This document shows, one piece after another, positions 6,213-15,390 of a DNA stretch of 32,000 nt. Made by a program: the position numbers and the translations under genes. Origin of the DNA: Aeropyrum pernix K1 (lineage in GTDB: Archaea; Thermoproteota; Thermoprotei_A; Sulfolobales; Acidilobaceae); contig NC_000854.2 in the NCBI RefSeq assembly GCF_000011125.1, positions 1-32,000 of the forward strand, read 5' to 3'. Positions within the stretch are counted from its first letter, which is position 1, and the number at the start of each line of letters is the position of its first letter. The notes below the pieces were generated by a model, which did no database searches, was not told the origin of the DNA, and was given only the letters and a program-made list of their open reading frames with translations.

Positions 6213-7829
6213 CTAATCTATTTTAACCTTGTGTTTAAAGTTTTCTAGCTTATCACGAGTGACCGTGTGAATATGTAAGGGGTGGGAAGGTGGTAGGTTC
6301 AGTTCTTTCACTAGCCTCTCCTCTATAAACTTGACCTCATGGGGTGAGAGTGGCTTTGTGGTGGAAACAATTAGATCAATATCACCCGACTTCTCGTACT
6401 CTCCTCTCGCTATACTCCCTGTTATGTAGACTTCTGCATTCATTATCTCTCTTTTTATAATTTCTGCTGCTCTAGCCGTCAGGTTTCTCCACCCACTAAT
6501 CAGTGACTCCCTGACCTTTAGAGAGGGGTCTATTACTTGTGGTAGCCTCCTGCCTTTAATTCTCCTATAGAGGGCTTCAGCTGCCATGCTACCAGCTATG
6601 AGAACGGCTAATATAGCTAGTTCACCCGGGTTCATAGAGGCCATCTGATAAACTAGTATAGCTAGAGAAGTAAGGTTGAGGATAAAACCAACAAGGGATA
6701 TTAGGGGGTTTGCACCCGTCTCCCTGCGGAGCTTGTACGCTGCCAGGTTGACTGCTGCGAATATAATTAAGAACCCTCCGCTACCTGCTGTGCTAATCTG
6801 CTCTAGACTTGCATATAGGGCTAGTAGAAGGCCCAATATGCTTATAACAAGGAGGCCCTCGTAGGCGCCTCGCCAGATATGCCTTCCTAGGAGCTGGGGT
6901 GCCTCACCGTACTTAGCTATGATATAGCTTACGCGTGCGGAGCCGTATAAGGTTGCGTTAATCGCGCTGCTTGTCGAAGCCAAGGCGGCAGCCACAACCA
7001 GTGTGAAGCCTATCTTACCTAACACGGGTTCTACTAGTACTGCTAGGGCATAGTCTCTGGCGATTCGAACAGTATCTGGGTCTAACGTGCCTGCAGCTAC
7101 TATAGCTATCAAAACGTATACAATGATGACTGTGACAACACTCGCGTAGAGCCCTTTTCTCAACGTCGTAGTGTCCCTAACGTCCTTTGCAGTGTTTGCC
7201 ACTAGTTCAAAACCTTCATATGCAAGAAATATTATCATGCCACCCGCAACTATACTTAGGATCGATGGCCACTCTCTCACTCCCAACCTGTTCCAGTCTA
7301 CGAGCGGCATGCTTACGACGGCTACGAGTATGAGAACGAGAAGTTTGAATATGACCAGTCCTAACTCGACTCTCCCGCTCATGATAGCACCCAGCATGTT
7401 AACTACTGTAAGCCCTGCTATAACGAATACTACGAGGGCAATGTAAGCCTCCCTCGGACAGCAGTTAATCATGCTGGCGCCGTAGCTGCCGAAAGCGTGG
7501 GCATAAAGCGAAATCATGACAATGTAGGATGCGAGCAGCATGATGTTTAATCCTCCGCTGATAACGTTGTCACCGTAGGCTCTAACTATGAATTCTATAG
7601 TGCCTCCCTCGCTTGGATACCTAGAGCTTAGCTTAGCATACGAGTAAGAGGTTATTAGAGCTACAGAACCTGCGAGTAAGAAAGCCAGAGGTGCGGCAGC
7701 TCCAGCAAGTTCAAGGCTTAGACCCAGGGTTGCGAATATGCCCCCTCCAATCATACCGCCGACTCCAATACTGAAGACCTCCCAGAAACCAAGTTTCTCG
7801 GTACCTTTTCTCGCCGACAAACCTGGCAC
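6213..7829 (-). CDS. APC-superfamily amino acid/polyamine permease fused at its C-terminus to a minimal nucleotidyltransferase (Pol-beta/MNT) domain
   Basis: The N-terminal part of about 420 aa is polytopic and carries the APC signature region FSIGVGGMIGGGIFATLG. The C-terminal part of about 110 aa (about 6216-6545) carries the Pol-beta NTase signature TGSIARGEYEKSGDIDLIV (G-S, 10 residues, D-x-D). It is one uninterrupted frame. The only internal Met is 8 aa before the GS motif, too close for an independent MNT gene. Confidence 0.85.
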   Translation of the reverse strand: MPGLSARKGTEKLGFWEVFSIGVGGMIGGGIFATLGLSLELAGAAAPLAFLLAGSVALITSYSYAKLSSRYPSEGGTIEFIVRAYGDNVISGGLNIMLLASYIVMISLYAHAFGSYGASMINCCPREAYIALVVFVIAGLTVVNMLGAIMSGRVELGLVIFKLLVLILVAVVSMPLVDWNRLGVREWPSILSIVAGGMIIFLAYEGFELVANTAKDVRDTTTLRKGLYASVVTVIIVYVLIAIVAAGTLDPDTVRIARDYALAVLVEPVLGKIGFTLVVAAALASTSSAINATLYGSARVSYIIAKYGEAPQLLGRHIWRGAYEGLLVISILGLLLALYASLEQISTAGSGGFLIIFAAVNLAAYKLRRETGANPLISLVGFILNLTSLAILVYQMASMNPGELAILAVLIAGSMAAEALYRRIKGRRLPQVIDPSLKVRESLISGWRNLTARAAEIIKREIMNAEVYITGSIARGEYEKSGDIDLIVSTTKPLSPHEVKFIEERLVKELNLPPSHPLHIHTVTRDKLENFKHKVKID

Positions 7830-8030
7830 CCTTCTTTCTTCACGTAGACTTCAAAGCAGTGGTTACGTCCTAACGACCGAAGCCAGGCCATCATCAATTT
7901 TGGCTTGAGGCGTCTATTATAAACATGTGAACAAAACAATTACATAGTATAATCATAAACTGGTAAAACCCTAGCCTCAAAATTGGACAAATCCAACTTG
8001 CAGAAATGAATATATGAATTACGTTCTCGC

Positions 8031-8045
8031 CACTATACTATAGTG
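8031..8045. promoter_or_regulatory. Perfect 15-bp palindrome cactata-c-tatagtg between a TATA-like box and the aldolase start. Candidate operator.
   Basis: Read directly. The TATA-like aatatat is at 8009-8015 and the palindrome starts about 19 nt downstream, over the expected transcription start. The aldolase start is at 8071. The core CACTATAG/CTATAGTG recurs in the palindrome at 15355-15368. Confidence 0.35.
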
Positions 8046-8070
8046 AAGTACTGCTAGGGGGTTTCCGATA

Positions 8071-8889
8071 TTGATTTCCTCACAGGACGTTGGTAAGCGA
8101 GTAAGACTTTCGAGAATACTTCCAGATGGTAGGTCTGTTATATTCGCCTTTGATCATGGGATCGAGCATGGGCCTGGAGAGATTCCGGAGGAGAGGCTGG
8201 ATCCTAGGTTGTTGATTAGAGAGGTTGTTGAAGCGGGTGTTGACGCTATAATGACTACACCAGGTATAGCCCGTTTAACATGGGATATTTGGGCTAACCG
8301 AGTAGCAATGATTATAAAGGTAAGCGGGAAAACCAGCATAAGACCTCAGGACGATCAGTTCCTCCAGAGCGCTATATCGAGTGTAGATGAAGTTGTTGCA
8401 CTTGGTGGTGATGGGGTTGCGGCGACAGTTTACTGGGGAAGCCAGTTCGAGGATAAGATGTTAGAGAGATGGACCCGGATCCGTTTGAGAGCGGAGAAGC
8501 TTGGTCTACCAGCTCTTCAGCTTGCATATCCCCGAGGCCCCCATATAAAGAACAGGTACGCAGTTGATATAGTTGCTTATGGAGCAAGGGCTGCTATGGA
8601 GACTGGAGCGGACCTTATAAAGACGTACTACACTGGCTCAACGGAATCGTTCAGGAGGGTGGTTAGCGCGGCTGGCGGGGTGCCGGTTCTGATGAGTGGT
8701 GGGGCACGCACACCATCCCCGCAGGAGTTCTTGCATAAGGTTTATTCCGTGATGGAGGCTGGAGGTGGAGGTGTGGTTGTTGGAAGAAATATCTTCCAAG
8801 CTGGTGATATCCGAGCCATGGTTAAGGCAATTAGGGCAATAGTACATGAAGGCTTTGATCCGGAGAAGGCCTCTAAGCTTTTAGGTTAG
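8071..8889 (+). CDS. fba: Archaeal-type class I fructose-1,6-bisphosphate aldolase (DhnA/FbaB family). An ADH-synthase-type paralogue cannot be excluded.
   Basis: The N-terminal block [16 protein letters not shown] and the Schiff-base lysine block [11 protein letters not shown] are typical of class IA aldolases. At 272 aa the size fits. The start is TTG. Confidence 0.8.
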
Positions 8890-8907
8890 AATGGGGATTA
8901 GGTAGTA

Positions 8908-9840
8908 ATGCTAGAGCATCTGGTGCAGGCTGTTGCTGTAGGTCACGCTCTTGTCGATCTCAGGCTGTACGTTGAGAGAATACCGGGTGTAGACGAAGAG
9001 GCGGTGATTAAGGATGAGACGAGAAGTGTGGGAGGTTCTGCGGCGAACGTGGCTGTAGTGTTGAGAAGGTTAGGGGTTCAGTCAGGCATTATTGGAAAGA
9101 TAGGGCTGGACGACTTCGGGAGGATAGCCGTGGACAATCTTATGAGAGAAGGAGTGGACATCTCTGGCCTCCGAGTATCTCTGCGGGATAGGACTGGGTT
9201 CTCCGTGGTTGTGCGTGACAAGGAAGGGTCGATAACTATTTACAGTTTTAAAGGCGCTGCTGAAAAGCTCGAGCCAGGGGAGATTGACGCGGACGCTATA
9301 GGTAGATCAAAACACGTACACGTTGCCAGTCTAAGGCCCGATACTACTCTTAAAACCGTAGAGATCGCTAAGAAACGTTCCATAACTGTTTCATGGGATC
9401 CGGGCAGGGTTTTATCGAAGATGGGAGCCGAGAGGCTTGCCAATATAATTTCTAAAGTGGACATCATCTTTGTTAATAGGAATGAGGCGAAGAATCTTAC
9501 AGGGTATCATGATTATAGGCAAGCTGCAAGGCACCTTAAAAAACTTGGTCCAAAAATTGTTGTGATAAAGCTGGGAGCCAGCGGATCATACATCCTTTAT
9601 AGTGATGGTGAGGTATTCGTTCCAGCCATAAAGCCGGAGAGAGTTGTGGATACAACTGGTGCTGGCGATTCTTATGCGGCAGGCTTTATAGCGGGTCTTC
9701 TCAGGGGCTACACTATAGAAAAAGCCTCTTTGTATGCTACTATCGTCGCCTCAATAAAAGTATCTAGGCTTGGATCTAACGCAGCTCCCTCTCATGAGGA
9801 AGTGGTTGAAAAAGCCAGAGAGCTCGGGGTGGAGATTTAG
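8908..9840 (+). CDS. PfkB-family carbohydrate kinase. Candidates are ATP-dependent 6-phosphofructokinase, KDG kinase or another sugar kinase.
   Basis: The PfkB signature 2, DTTGAGDSYAAGFIAGLL, and the N-terminal GGSAANVAV motif are present. The gene is 310 aa and starts 18 nt after the aldolase stop. The ATP-PFK characterised from Aeropyrum pernix belongs to this family. Confidence 0.85.
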   Translation: MLEHLVQAVAVGHALVDLRLYVERIPGVDEEAVIKDETRSVGGSAANVAVVLRRLGVQSGIIGKIGLDDFGRIAVDNLMREGVDISGLRVSLRDRTGFSVVVRDKEGSITIYSFKGAAEKLEPGEIDADAIGRSKHVHVASLRPDTTLKTVEIAKKRSITVSWDPGRVLSKMGAERLANIISKVDIIFVNRNEAKNLTGYHDYRQAARHLKKLGPKIVVIKLGASGSYILYSDGEVFVPAIKPERVVDTTGAGDSYAAGFIAGLLRGYTIEKASLYATIVASIKVSRLGSNAAPSHEEVVEKARELGVEI

Positions 9841-9978
9841 TTGGAATTACCGTCAGAAATATTGATTAGAAGGGATTTTAGAATTGATGGCTGTTAATGT
9901 TGACAAGATAAAGCAATATTAGTCATGCTACAACTTTTTATTAGTTTGCGTCATCCAATAGAAACTCATAGTGTCCTT

Positions 9979-11652
9979 ATGGTGGGTGTTTTGAAGAGGC
10001 CTAGGAGTAGGCTATGGTATGATGGCTTGGAGAACACACCGCACAGAGTCTATCTGAGGGCTATTGGATTCACTAGCGACGACTTCCAGAAACCACTTAT
10101 TGCCGTGGTAGCGGCATGGAGCGAGGCCGGGCCCTGCAACTTTAACGTGCTGCCAGGAAGTCTCCGCGTGAAGGAGGGGGTTAGGTCAGCGGGGGGTGTG
10201 CCACTGGCGGTTCCCACTATCGTTGTTAACGATGGCATAAACATGGGAACTCCCGGGATGCGTTATAGCCTCATAAGTAGGGAGCTAATTGCAGACACTA
10301 TAGAAGCACAAGTGGCCAGCCACGGGTTCGACGGCTGGGTCGGTATTGGGGGCTGTGACAAGACCCAGCCTGGGATAATGATGGCCATGGCAAGGCTCGA
10401 CCTCCCGAGCATCTACATTTATGGGGGGACCGCTGAGCATGGCGTTCTTGATGGGGAAACAGTGACAGTCCAATCTGCATTCGAGGCTGTGGGGGCCTAT
10501 CTTAAAGGTCTAATAGATGAGGAACGCCTTTACGAGATAGAGAAGGCTGCCATGCCCACGCCGGGCACCTGCCAGGGCCTCTTCACAGCCAACACAATGG
10601 CCATACTTGCAGAGGCCTTGGGCCTCTCTCCCCTCGGCTCGGCAAGCCCTCCAGCAACTAGCTCTGAGAGGGCTAGGGAGCTGGCCAGGGCTGGAGCTCT
10701 GGCAGTGGGGCTTGTGGAGACTGGCCTGACCCCCCGAAGGATTCTCACCTACGAGGCATTCTACAACGCTATAGTGACATTGATGGCTATATCAGGCTCC
10801 ACTAACGCCGTGCTCCACCTCCTAGCAATAGCCAGAGAGGCTGGGGTCAAGTTGGCACTTGACGATTTCGACGAAGCCAGTAGAAAGGTGCCTGTGATAG
10901 CTGCCCTGGCCCCCGCGGGGAAGTATACGATGGTGGACCTACATAATGTGGGTGGTGCTCCGGTTATCCTCAGGAAGCTTCTCGACCGGGGGTTGCTCTA
11001 TGGTGAGGCTGTGACAGTTGAGGGGGTGGAGATAGGGAAACTACTTAGCAAATGGGAGCCTAGGACCGACTATAATATTCTCTACGATTTCGATAAACCA
11101 TACAAGCCTCATGCGGGCCTGAGGATACTCAGAGGCTCCCTCGCGCCTAGGGGTGCAGTTATGAAGATAGGGGCAAGCGGCATTCTGAAGTTCAAGGGGG
11201 CTGCAAAGGTGTTCGACAGCGAGGAAGAAGCTTTCAAGGCCATTGAGAGAGGTTACGTAGAAGAGGGGGACGTCGTCGTAGTTCGCTATGTAGGCCCCAA
11301 GGGCGCGCCCGGCATGCCGGAGATGCTCAAGATAACCGCGGCCATAGTGGGGGCAGGGCTGGGAGAGAAGGTCGCACTCATAACTGACGGGAGGTTTAGC
11401 GGGGCAACAAGAGGAGTGATGGTAGGTCATGCAGCACCGGAGGCTGCCGTAGGAGGACCGATAGCTCTAGTTGAAAACGGAGATGAAATAGTCATAGACG
11501 GTGAAAAAGGAACGCTCGATGTCCTCTTGGGAGGAGACGAACTCGCCAGGAGACGAGATAAATGGTCTCCTCCTCCCCTCCCAAAGCAAGGTTTGCTTCG
11601 GAAGTATGCAAAGCTTGTAACACAAGCTGACGAGGGAGCGGTTACCCACTGA
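9979..11652 (+). CDS. ilvD: Dihydroxy-acid dehydratase (IlvD/Edd family)
   Basis: The family motifs [17 protein letters not shown] and [11 protein letters not shown] are present and the gene is about 557 aa. I chose the ATG at 9979 ([10 protein letters not shown]...). The track ORF begins at 9925 with an 18-aa non-conserved extension. Confidence 0.9.
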   Translation: MVGVLKRPRSRLWYDGLENTPHRVYLRAIGFTSDDFQKPLIAVVAAWSEAGPCNFNVLPGSLRVKEGVRSAGGVPLAVPTIVVNDGINMGTPGMRYSLISRELIADTIEAQVASHGFDGWVGIGGCDKTQPGIMMAMARLDLPSIYIYGGTAEHGVLDGETVTVQSAFEAVGAYLKGLIDEERLYEIEKAAMPTPGTCQGLFTANTMAILAEALGLSPLGSASPPATSSERARELARAGALAVGLVETGLTPRRILTYEAFYNAIVTLMAISGSTNAVLHLLAIAREAGVKLALDDFDEASRKVPVIAALAPAGKYTMVDLHNVGGAPVILRKLLDRGLLYGEAVTVEGVEIGKLLSKWEPRTDYNILYDFDKPYKPHAGLRILRGSLAPRGAVMKIGASGILKFKGAAKVFDSEEEAFKAIERGYVEEGDVVVVRYVGPKGAPGMPEMLKITAAIVGAGLGEKVALITDGRFSGATRGVMVGHAAPEAAVGGPIALVENGDEIVIDGEKGTLDVLLGGDELARRRDKWSPPPLPKQGLLRKYAKLVTQADEGAVTH

Positions 11653-11686
11653 AACTTCCCCGGGTAGAGGCCAATGATATTAGAGG

Positions 11687-12099
11687 CTAGTCGACGGTTA
11701 CGACGTGTATGCCAGCAAGCAGTAGGAGTGTGACGGATAGGAGTTTTTGCGCGTATATAAGCCTGGAAATCCTGCCTTCCCTCCTCCCTTTCCCAAGATA
11801 CAATAAAGCTCCGCTCGACAGTAGGAGAGATATCAATACTCCGAGGGCGTATTCGGGGGGTAGCTGTACCTGTATTAGCAGTGTCACGTAGCAGTGCCAT
11901 AAAGCCCAGGATTACGGCGGAAATGATGTGATATTGTTAGTATGGCATTATAGATGACAGCTAACTTCACTTCTCTCCTCGCGCTTCTAATGCAGGCTTC
12001 CCTGGCAATTACAAAAGCAAGAATAGCGGGAACACCTAGGTTCCAAGCTATTTCACCTAGCTCTTCTCCAGAGTTTGACCCAGGAGGAATGAAATGCCC
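11687..12099 (-). pseudogene. Possible decayed small membrane-protein gene: a 66-aa two-TM ORF plus an abutting start-less 71-codon TM-like frame
   Basis: The track ORF 11687-11887 (GTG start) encodes ALGVLISLLLSSGALLYL and LLSVTLLLLAGIHVV. Directly upstream, the frame 11887-12099 is open for 71 codons (..IAWNLGVPAILAFVIA..LAVIYNAILTISHHF..). It has no usable start and ends at a TGA overlapping the GTG, so the two frames are related by -1. No family was recognised. Confidence 0.3.
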
Positions 12100-12386
12100 C
12101 TACCCTTCTCCCTATACTCTTCCTTTTCATCTCCATTCAGAATATAGAACGCGTGACCTCTGTGCAGCCAAACCTGTGGAGAGAACAACCATTAATAGCG
12201 AGGCTGCGATGACAACTACTGTAAGAATCTTAACGTTGGGCCGGATTTTTTATTGCGCCCAGTGGTTGCAAACAATTTGTATATATTATATAAGTCACCA
12301 ATATACAGCTATAAACTATCCGGAGAGGAGAGCCGTGTTTTCCTATAGAAGCGCAAGGGGTTGGGGATAATTCTAGCCTTCTAACC

Positions 12387-13928
12387 CTAGGAGAGCCGTC
12401 TAAACACGCTTTTCAACCGGCTGTATATCTCCTGGTATATTTGGAGTAGATCTTTATACGCCTTGGAAGCGTTAGAATCTGCTTCAGCCCTCCACGATAC
12501 TGGTATTTTTCCCGCTTCCGATTCTATGCTACTCCCCTTTAGAGCCGCGGCAGCCAGGGCTCCGGCGCCTCTAACTCCCGCCATCTCTGGCTGGCTGACA
12601 GTTTCTATTGTGGCGTTGAGTGCGCTGGCTATAACCTTGGCAAGCGTTCTGAGTCTAAAACCTCCCCCAACACCTCTCACCAGCTTTGGCTTACCGGCGA
12701 GACGTGTCATGTGCTCCATTGCCCAGGCGATGTTCAATGCAACACCTTCTACTGCGGCCCTTACTAGGTGTTTCTTAGTGTGTCTGAGTGTGAGGCCGAC
12801 GAGCACCCCCTTGGCGTGGGGATCGTCTATTGGTGTTCTCTCGCCGTACAGCCATGGGGTGGCTATTAACCCTTCGGAGCCTGGGGGTATCGAGTGGATG
12901 TCCTCCACTGCTCTGTAGTCCATGCCAGTCACATCCAAGATCCAGTCTATCATCCCACCCGCTATCTCCTGCTCTCCTATTACGAGATACTCTCCTGGCT
13001 TGGCTGAGAGGAGGCTCCCTATATAGTGTCTAACGTCTAGAAGCCTCCTGGTACTGTGTACCCCTATCCAGCTGCTGGTCCCCACGTATATGTGATACTC
13101 CCCGGCGGCCAGAGCTCCGGAGCCCACTGCTGAGGAGGCGATGTCGCCAGCCCCCACAATTACGGGTATTCCTTGTGGAAGGCCAAGGTCTCTTGCTGCA
13201 CTTGATACCAGCCCGCCAGCCACGTCGGTCGGACCAGCTATCCCTGGTAGCTTTTCAAGGGGTATTCCATAGCGCCTCGCTAGCCTGGGGCTCCAGACCG
13301 CCCTGCCTCCCCGGGTGTCGGCTAGCCATGTGAGATGGGCGTCGTCGGGGCTTACCAGGCGTGCTTCGGCGGTTTTCGCGAGGACCCATGTCTTGAGCGT
13401 TCCTATGGTGTGGGCTTTGGTAAACAAGTCGGGCTTATTCTCCCGGAGCCAAACCATCTTGGAGAGAGGGTCTTTGCCCGTCTTGCTGGGTGCTCCTCCG
13501 GTGAGCCTTAGCAGGTCCACGAGGTGGAGGAGATTATATCCTGAGACCTTCAATACCCCGCTGAACAGCTCCCTGGGGAGGCCGTGGGCCCTCTCGTCCA
13601 GCCAGGTTATTATCGGTGTTAACTCGTAATTGTCCCGGTCTAAAAGAACAACACCGGCCAGGTATGTAGAGAATATAACACCGGATACACGGCTCGCCTC
13701 AAACCCTTCTAACGCCGCCGACGAAGCCCGGACTATAGCCTGCCAAAGCTCTTCGGGATCCTGCTCCGACCATCCCTTCCTAGGGTAGCTAACGGGGGTG
13801 GAAACGCTCCCCCTCCCAGTTATCTCGAGGGTGTTGCAGTCCACTAAGCCCGCCTTAATTCTCGTCGTACCTATGTCTATGGATAGTATGCTGTCGCAAC
13901 CCCCCACCAGTAACCCCCCGGTCCTCAC
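12387..13928 (-). CDS. FGGY-family carbohydrate kinase (xylulokinase-like; substrate unknown)
   Basis: The N-terminal phosphate-1 motif ILSIDIGTTRIKAGLV is present, at 513 aa the two-domain FGGY size fits, and a GGG(F)-type motif (RGVGGGFR) lies near the C-terminus. The GTG start overlaps the upstream TGA as GTGA. Confidence 0.85.
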   Translation of the reverse strand: MRTGGLLVGGCDSILSIDIGTTRIKAGLVDCNTLEITGRGSVSTPVSYPRKGWSEQDPEELWQAIVRASSAALEGFEASRVSGVIFSTYLAGVVLLDRDNYELTPIITWLDERAHGLPRELFSGVLKVSGYNLLHLVDLLRLTGGAPSKTGKDPLSKMVWLRENKPDLFTKAHTIGTLKTWVLAKTAEARLVSPDDAHLTWLADTRGGRAVWSPRLARRYGIPLEKLPGIAGPTDVAGGLVSSAARDLGLPQGIPVIVGAGDIASSAVGSGALAAGEYHIYVGTSSWIGVHSTRRLLDVRHYIGSLLSAKPGEYLVIGEQEIAGGMIDWILDVTGMDYRAVEDIHSIPPGSEGLIATPWLYGERTPIDDPHAKGVLVGLTLRHTKKHLVRAAVEGVALNIAWAMEHMTRLAGKPKLVRGVGGGFRLRTLAKVIASALNATIETVSQPEMAGVRGAGALAAAALKGSSIESEAGKIPVSWRAEADSNASKAYKDLLQIYQEIYSRLKSVFRRLS

Positions 13929-15346
13929 CAGCCTGGCCAGGAGGGCTTGAAGATCTCCAGCATGGCCTCCTTAATAAGCTCGGCGACAACATCGGGCTTC
14001 AACAGGTAGATCATCTCGTTCACGACCCTCACGGCCTTGTCGTCGAACCCCGCATTCTCTATCCTTCTTAATAGGTCCTCCACAGCCTTGAACCCCTCCT
14101 CTATGAGGGCGGGTTCAAACCTAGACTCCGGCTCCGGCGCCCCGCGGATGGATTCCTCCACAGCCGCGAGGAAGCTGTCCACGACTCTAGCGTGAATCGG
14201 GCTGATCGTCAGGTGTATGCTGGTAGGGAAGCCGAGGTGCTTGTTGCCAGGCTGTAGCTGTACCACCCACCCTGCCCTGCCCAGTCTCGTAGCTACTTCT
14301 ACGACGTCGATATCGCTGTCTGTGAAGGACAATATACCTGCCTTAGGCCTGCCCAGTACCTCTAGACCGAGAGACTCCAGACCCTTCTGGATGCGCCTCC
14401 GGGCTTCCAACACCATCCCAGCCAGCTCGCGGTACCCCTCTACCCCTAATGTTCTTGCTACAGCCCATGCTGCAGCTAGGGTGCCAGCACTCCTCGTCGA
14501 CAATATTGCCTGGTTCACCAGGGGATAGCCAGGCCATGAGGAGTCTACGAATATCGTCGGCTTCTTATCCCTGGCCCTTCTAAACAGGAGTATGGAGGAT
14601 CCCTTGGGGGCGTAGCCGTACTTGTGCATATCAACGCTGAAGCTTCTAACCCCCTCAACCCCGAAATCGAATTTCCCCACCTCTTCCCCTGCATCACTGG
14701 CGAAAGCCAGTACCATACCCCCTATGCATGCGTCGACGTGAAGCCATACATCCCTCGCTGCGGCTATGTCGCCGAGGTCCTCAACAGGGTCGAGGGAGCC
14801 GTAGGGGTAGTCTACGGCGGAGGCGACGATCATAACTGTATCGCGGTCGATTTTCTCCTCGATAATGGCCGGGTCTGCCTGCAGAGTCACACTGTCAACA
14901 GGTACTCTCTCAACTTTAAGACCGAGAAGGTATGCGGCTTTAGCGAAGGCTGGGTGAGCGGTTATAGGCATCACGATCTTCCCTGCACCCGATTTCCCGG
15001 CCCTCCTCCATCTTTCTCTAGCGGCTAGAACGGCTAGAATGATACTCTCCGTACCGCCGTAGGTGAATGTTCCTGAATATCCTTCAGGAGCGTGGAAAAG
15101 GTGTCCTGCGAATCCTAGGAGCTGTTTCTCAAGCTCTATGATGCTGGGGTAGACAGTGAAGTCCAGCATCGTCTTATCCCTGTAGAGTTCCAGGGCCTTT
15201 GACGCGGCTTTACGCACCTCGTCCATGCCAGGATCGTAGACGTGGGTGAAGACCCGGCCAGTCCAGGGATTTATGTCTCTACTTGAGAGAAGGAAGAGCT
15301 CCCGGAGGACTCGATCCAACCTAGATTTTATGTCGTCCGCGGCCAT
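13925..15346 (-). CDS. Group II PLP-dependent decarboxylase/lyase, sphingosine-1-phosphate-lyase-like
   Basis: The blocks TFTYGGTESIILAVLAARE and SVDMHKYGYAPKGSSILLF closely resemble the S1P-lyase blocks (GGTESI... and ..D.HKYGFAPKGSS, with the PLP lysine). The gene is 473 aa with an ATG start at 15344-15346. Confidence 0.85.
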   Translation of the reverse strand: MAADDIKSRLDRVLRELFLLSSRDINPWTGRVFTHVYDPGMDEVRKAASKALELYRDKTMLDFTVYPSIIELEKQLLGFAGHLFHAPEGYSGTFTYGGTESIILAVLAARERWRRAGKSGAGKIVMPITAHPAFAKAAYLLGLKVERVPVDSVTLQADPAIIEEKIDRDTVMIVASAVDYPYGSLDPVEDLGDIAAARDVWLHVDACIGGMVLAFASDAGEEVGKFDFGVEGVRSFSVDMHKYGYAPKGSSILLFRRARDKKPTIFVDSSWPGYPLVNQAILSTRSAGTLAAAWAVARTLGVEGYRELAGMVLEARRRIQKGLESLGLEVLGRPKAGILSFTDSDIDVVEVATRLGRAGWVVQLQPGNKHLGFPTSIHLTISPIHARVVDSFLAAVEESIRGAPEPESRFEPALIEEGFKAVEDLLRRIENAGFDDKAVRVVNEMIYLLKPDVVAELIKEAMLEIFKPSWPGW

Positions 15347-15354
15347 TTCTCGGG

Positions 15355-15368
15355 CCCACTATAGTGGG
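15355..15368. promoter_or_regulatory. Perfect 14-bp palindrome cccactatagtggg in the 44-nt spacer between the HAD and PLP genes. Candidate operator or processing site.
   Basis: Read directly. It lies 9-22 nt upstream of the PLP-enzyme ATG and shares the CACTATAG core with the palindrome at 8031-8045. Confidence 0.3.
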
Positions 15369-15390
15369 TTTCCACGCCGGCTTATACCCT

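Noticed and set aside
7751-7939. 62-aa minus-strand ORF overlapping the permease start
   Set aside because: It overlaps the 5' end of the permease in another frame and runs into the promoter region. It has no motifs.
9925-9978. N-terminal extensions offered by the ORF track: ilvD at 9925, the ABC ATPase at 25595 and the second permease at 24790
   Set aside because: The extensions are not conserved-looking or overlap the upstream gene. Internal ATG/GTG starts (9979, 25706, 24829/24838) sit just after the upstream stop and begin at the conserved N-termini.
11427-12370. ORFs 11427-11900 (-), 11467-11649 (-), 11709-11891 (+) and 11954-12370 (+)
   Set aside because: ORFs 11427-11900 and 11467-11649 are antisense to the ilvD 3' end. 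ORFs 11709-11891 and 11954-12370 are opposite the TM-like minus-strand fragments. All have P/S/R/T-rich, non-protein-like translations.
14109-14120. A second copy of the 12-mer gcgggttcaaac (also at 129-140), considered as a possible att duplicate
   Set aside because: It lies inside the intact PLP-enzyme coding frame (..SRFEPALIE..), and identity does not extend beyond 12 nt. I treated it as coincidence.
12463-15028. Plus-strand ORFs inside the FGGY kinase and PLP-enzyme genes (12463-12918, 12830-13033, 13315-13629, 14217-14528, 14624-15028) and the minus-strand ORF 14343-14537
   Set aside because: They are shadow frames of strongly supported genes in GC-rich DNA: five antisense, and one (14343-14537) an alternative frame on the same strand.
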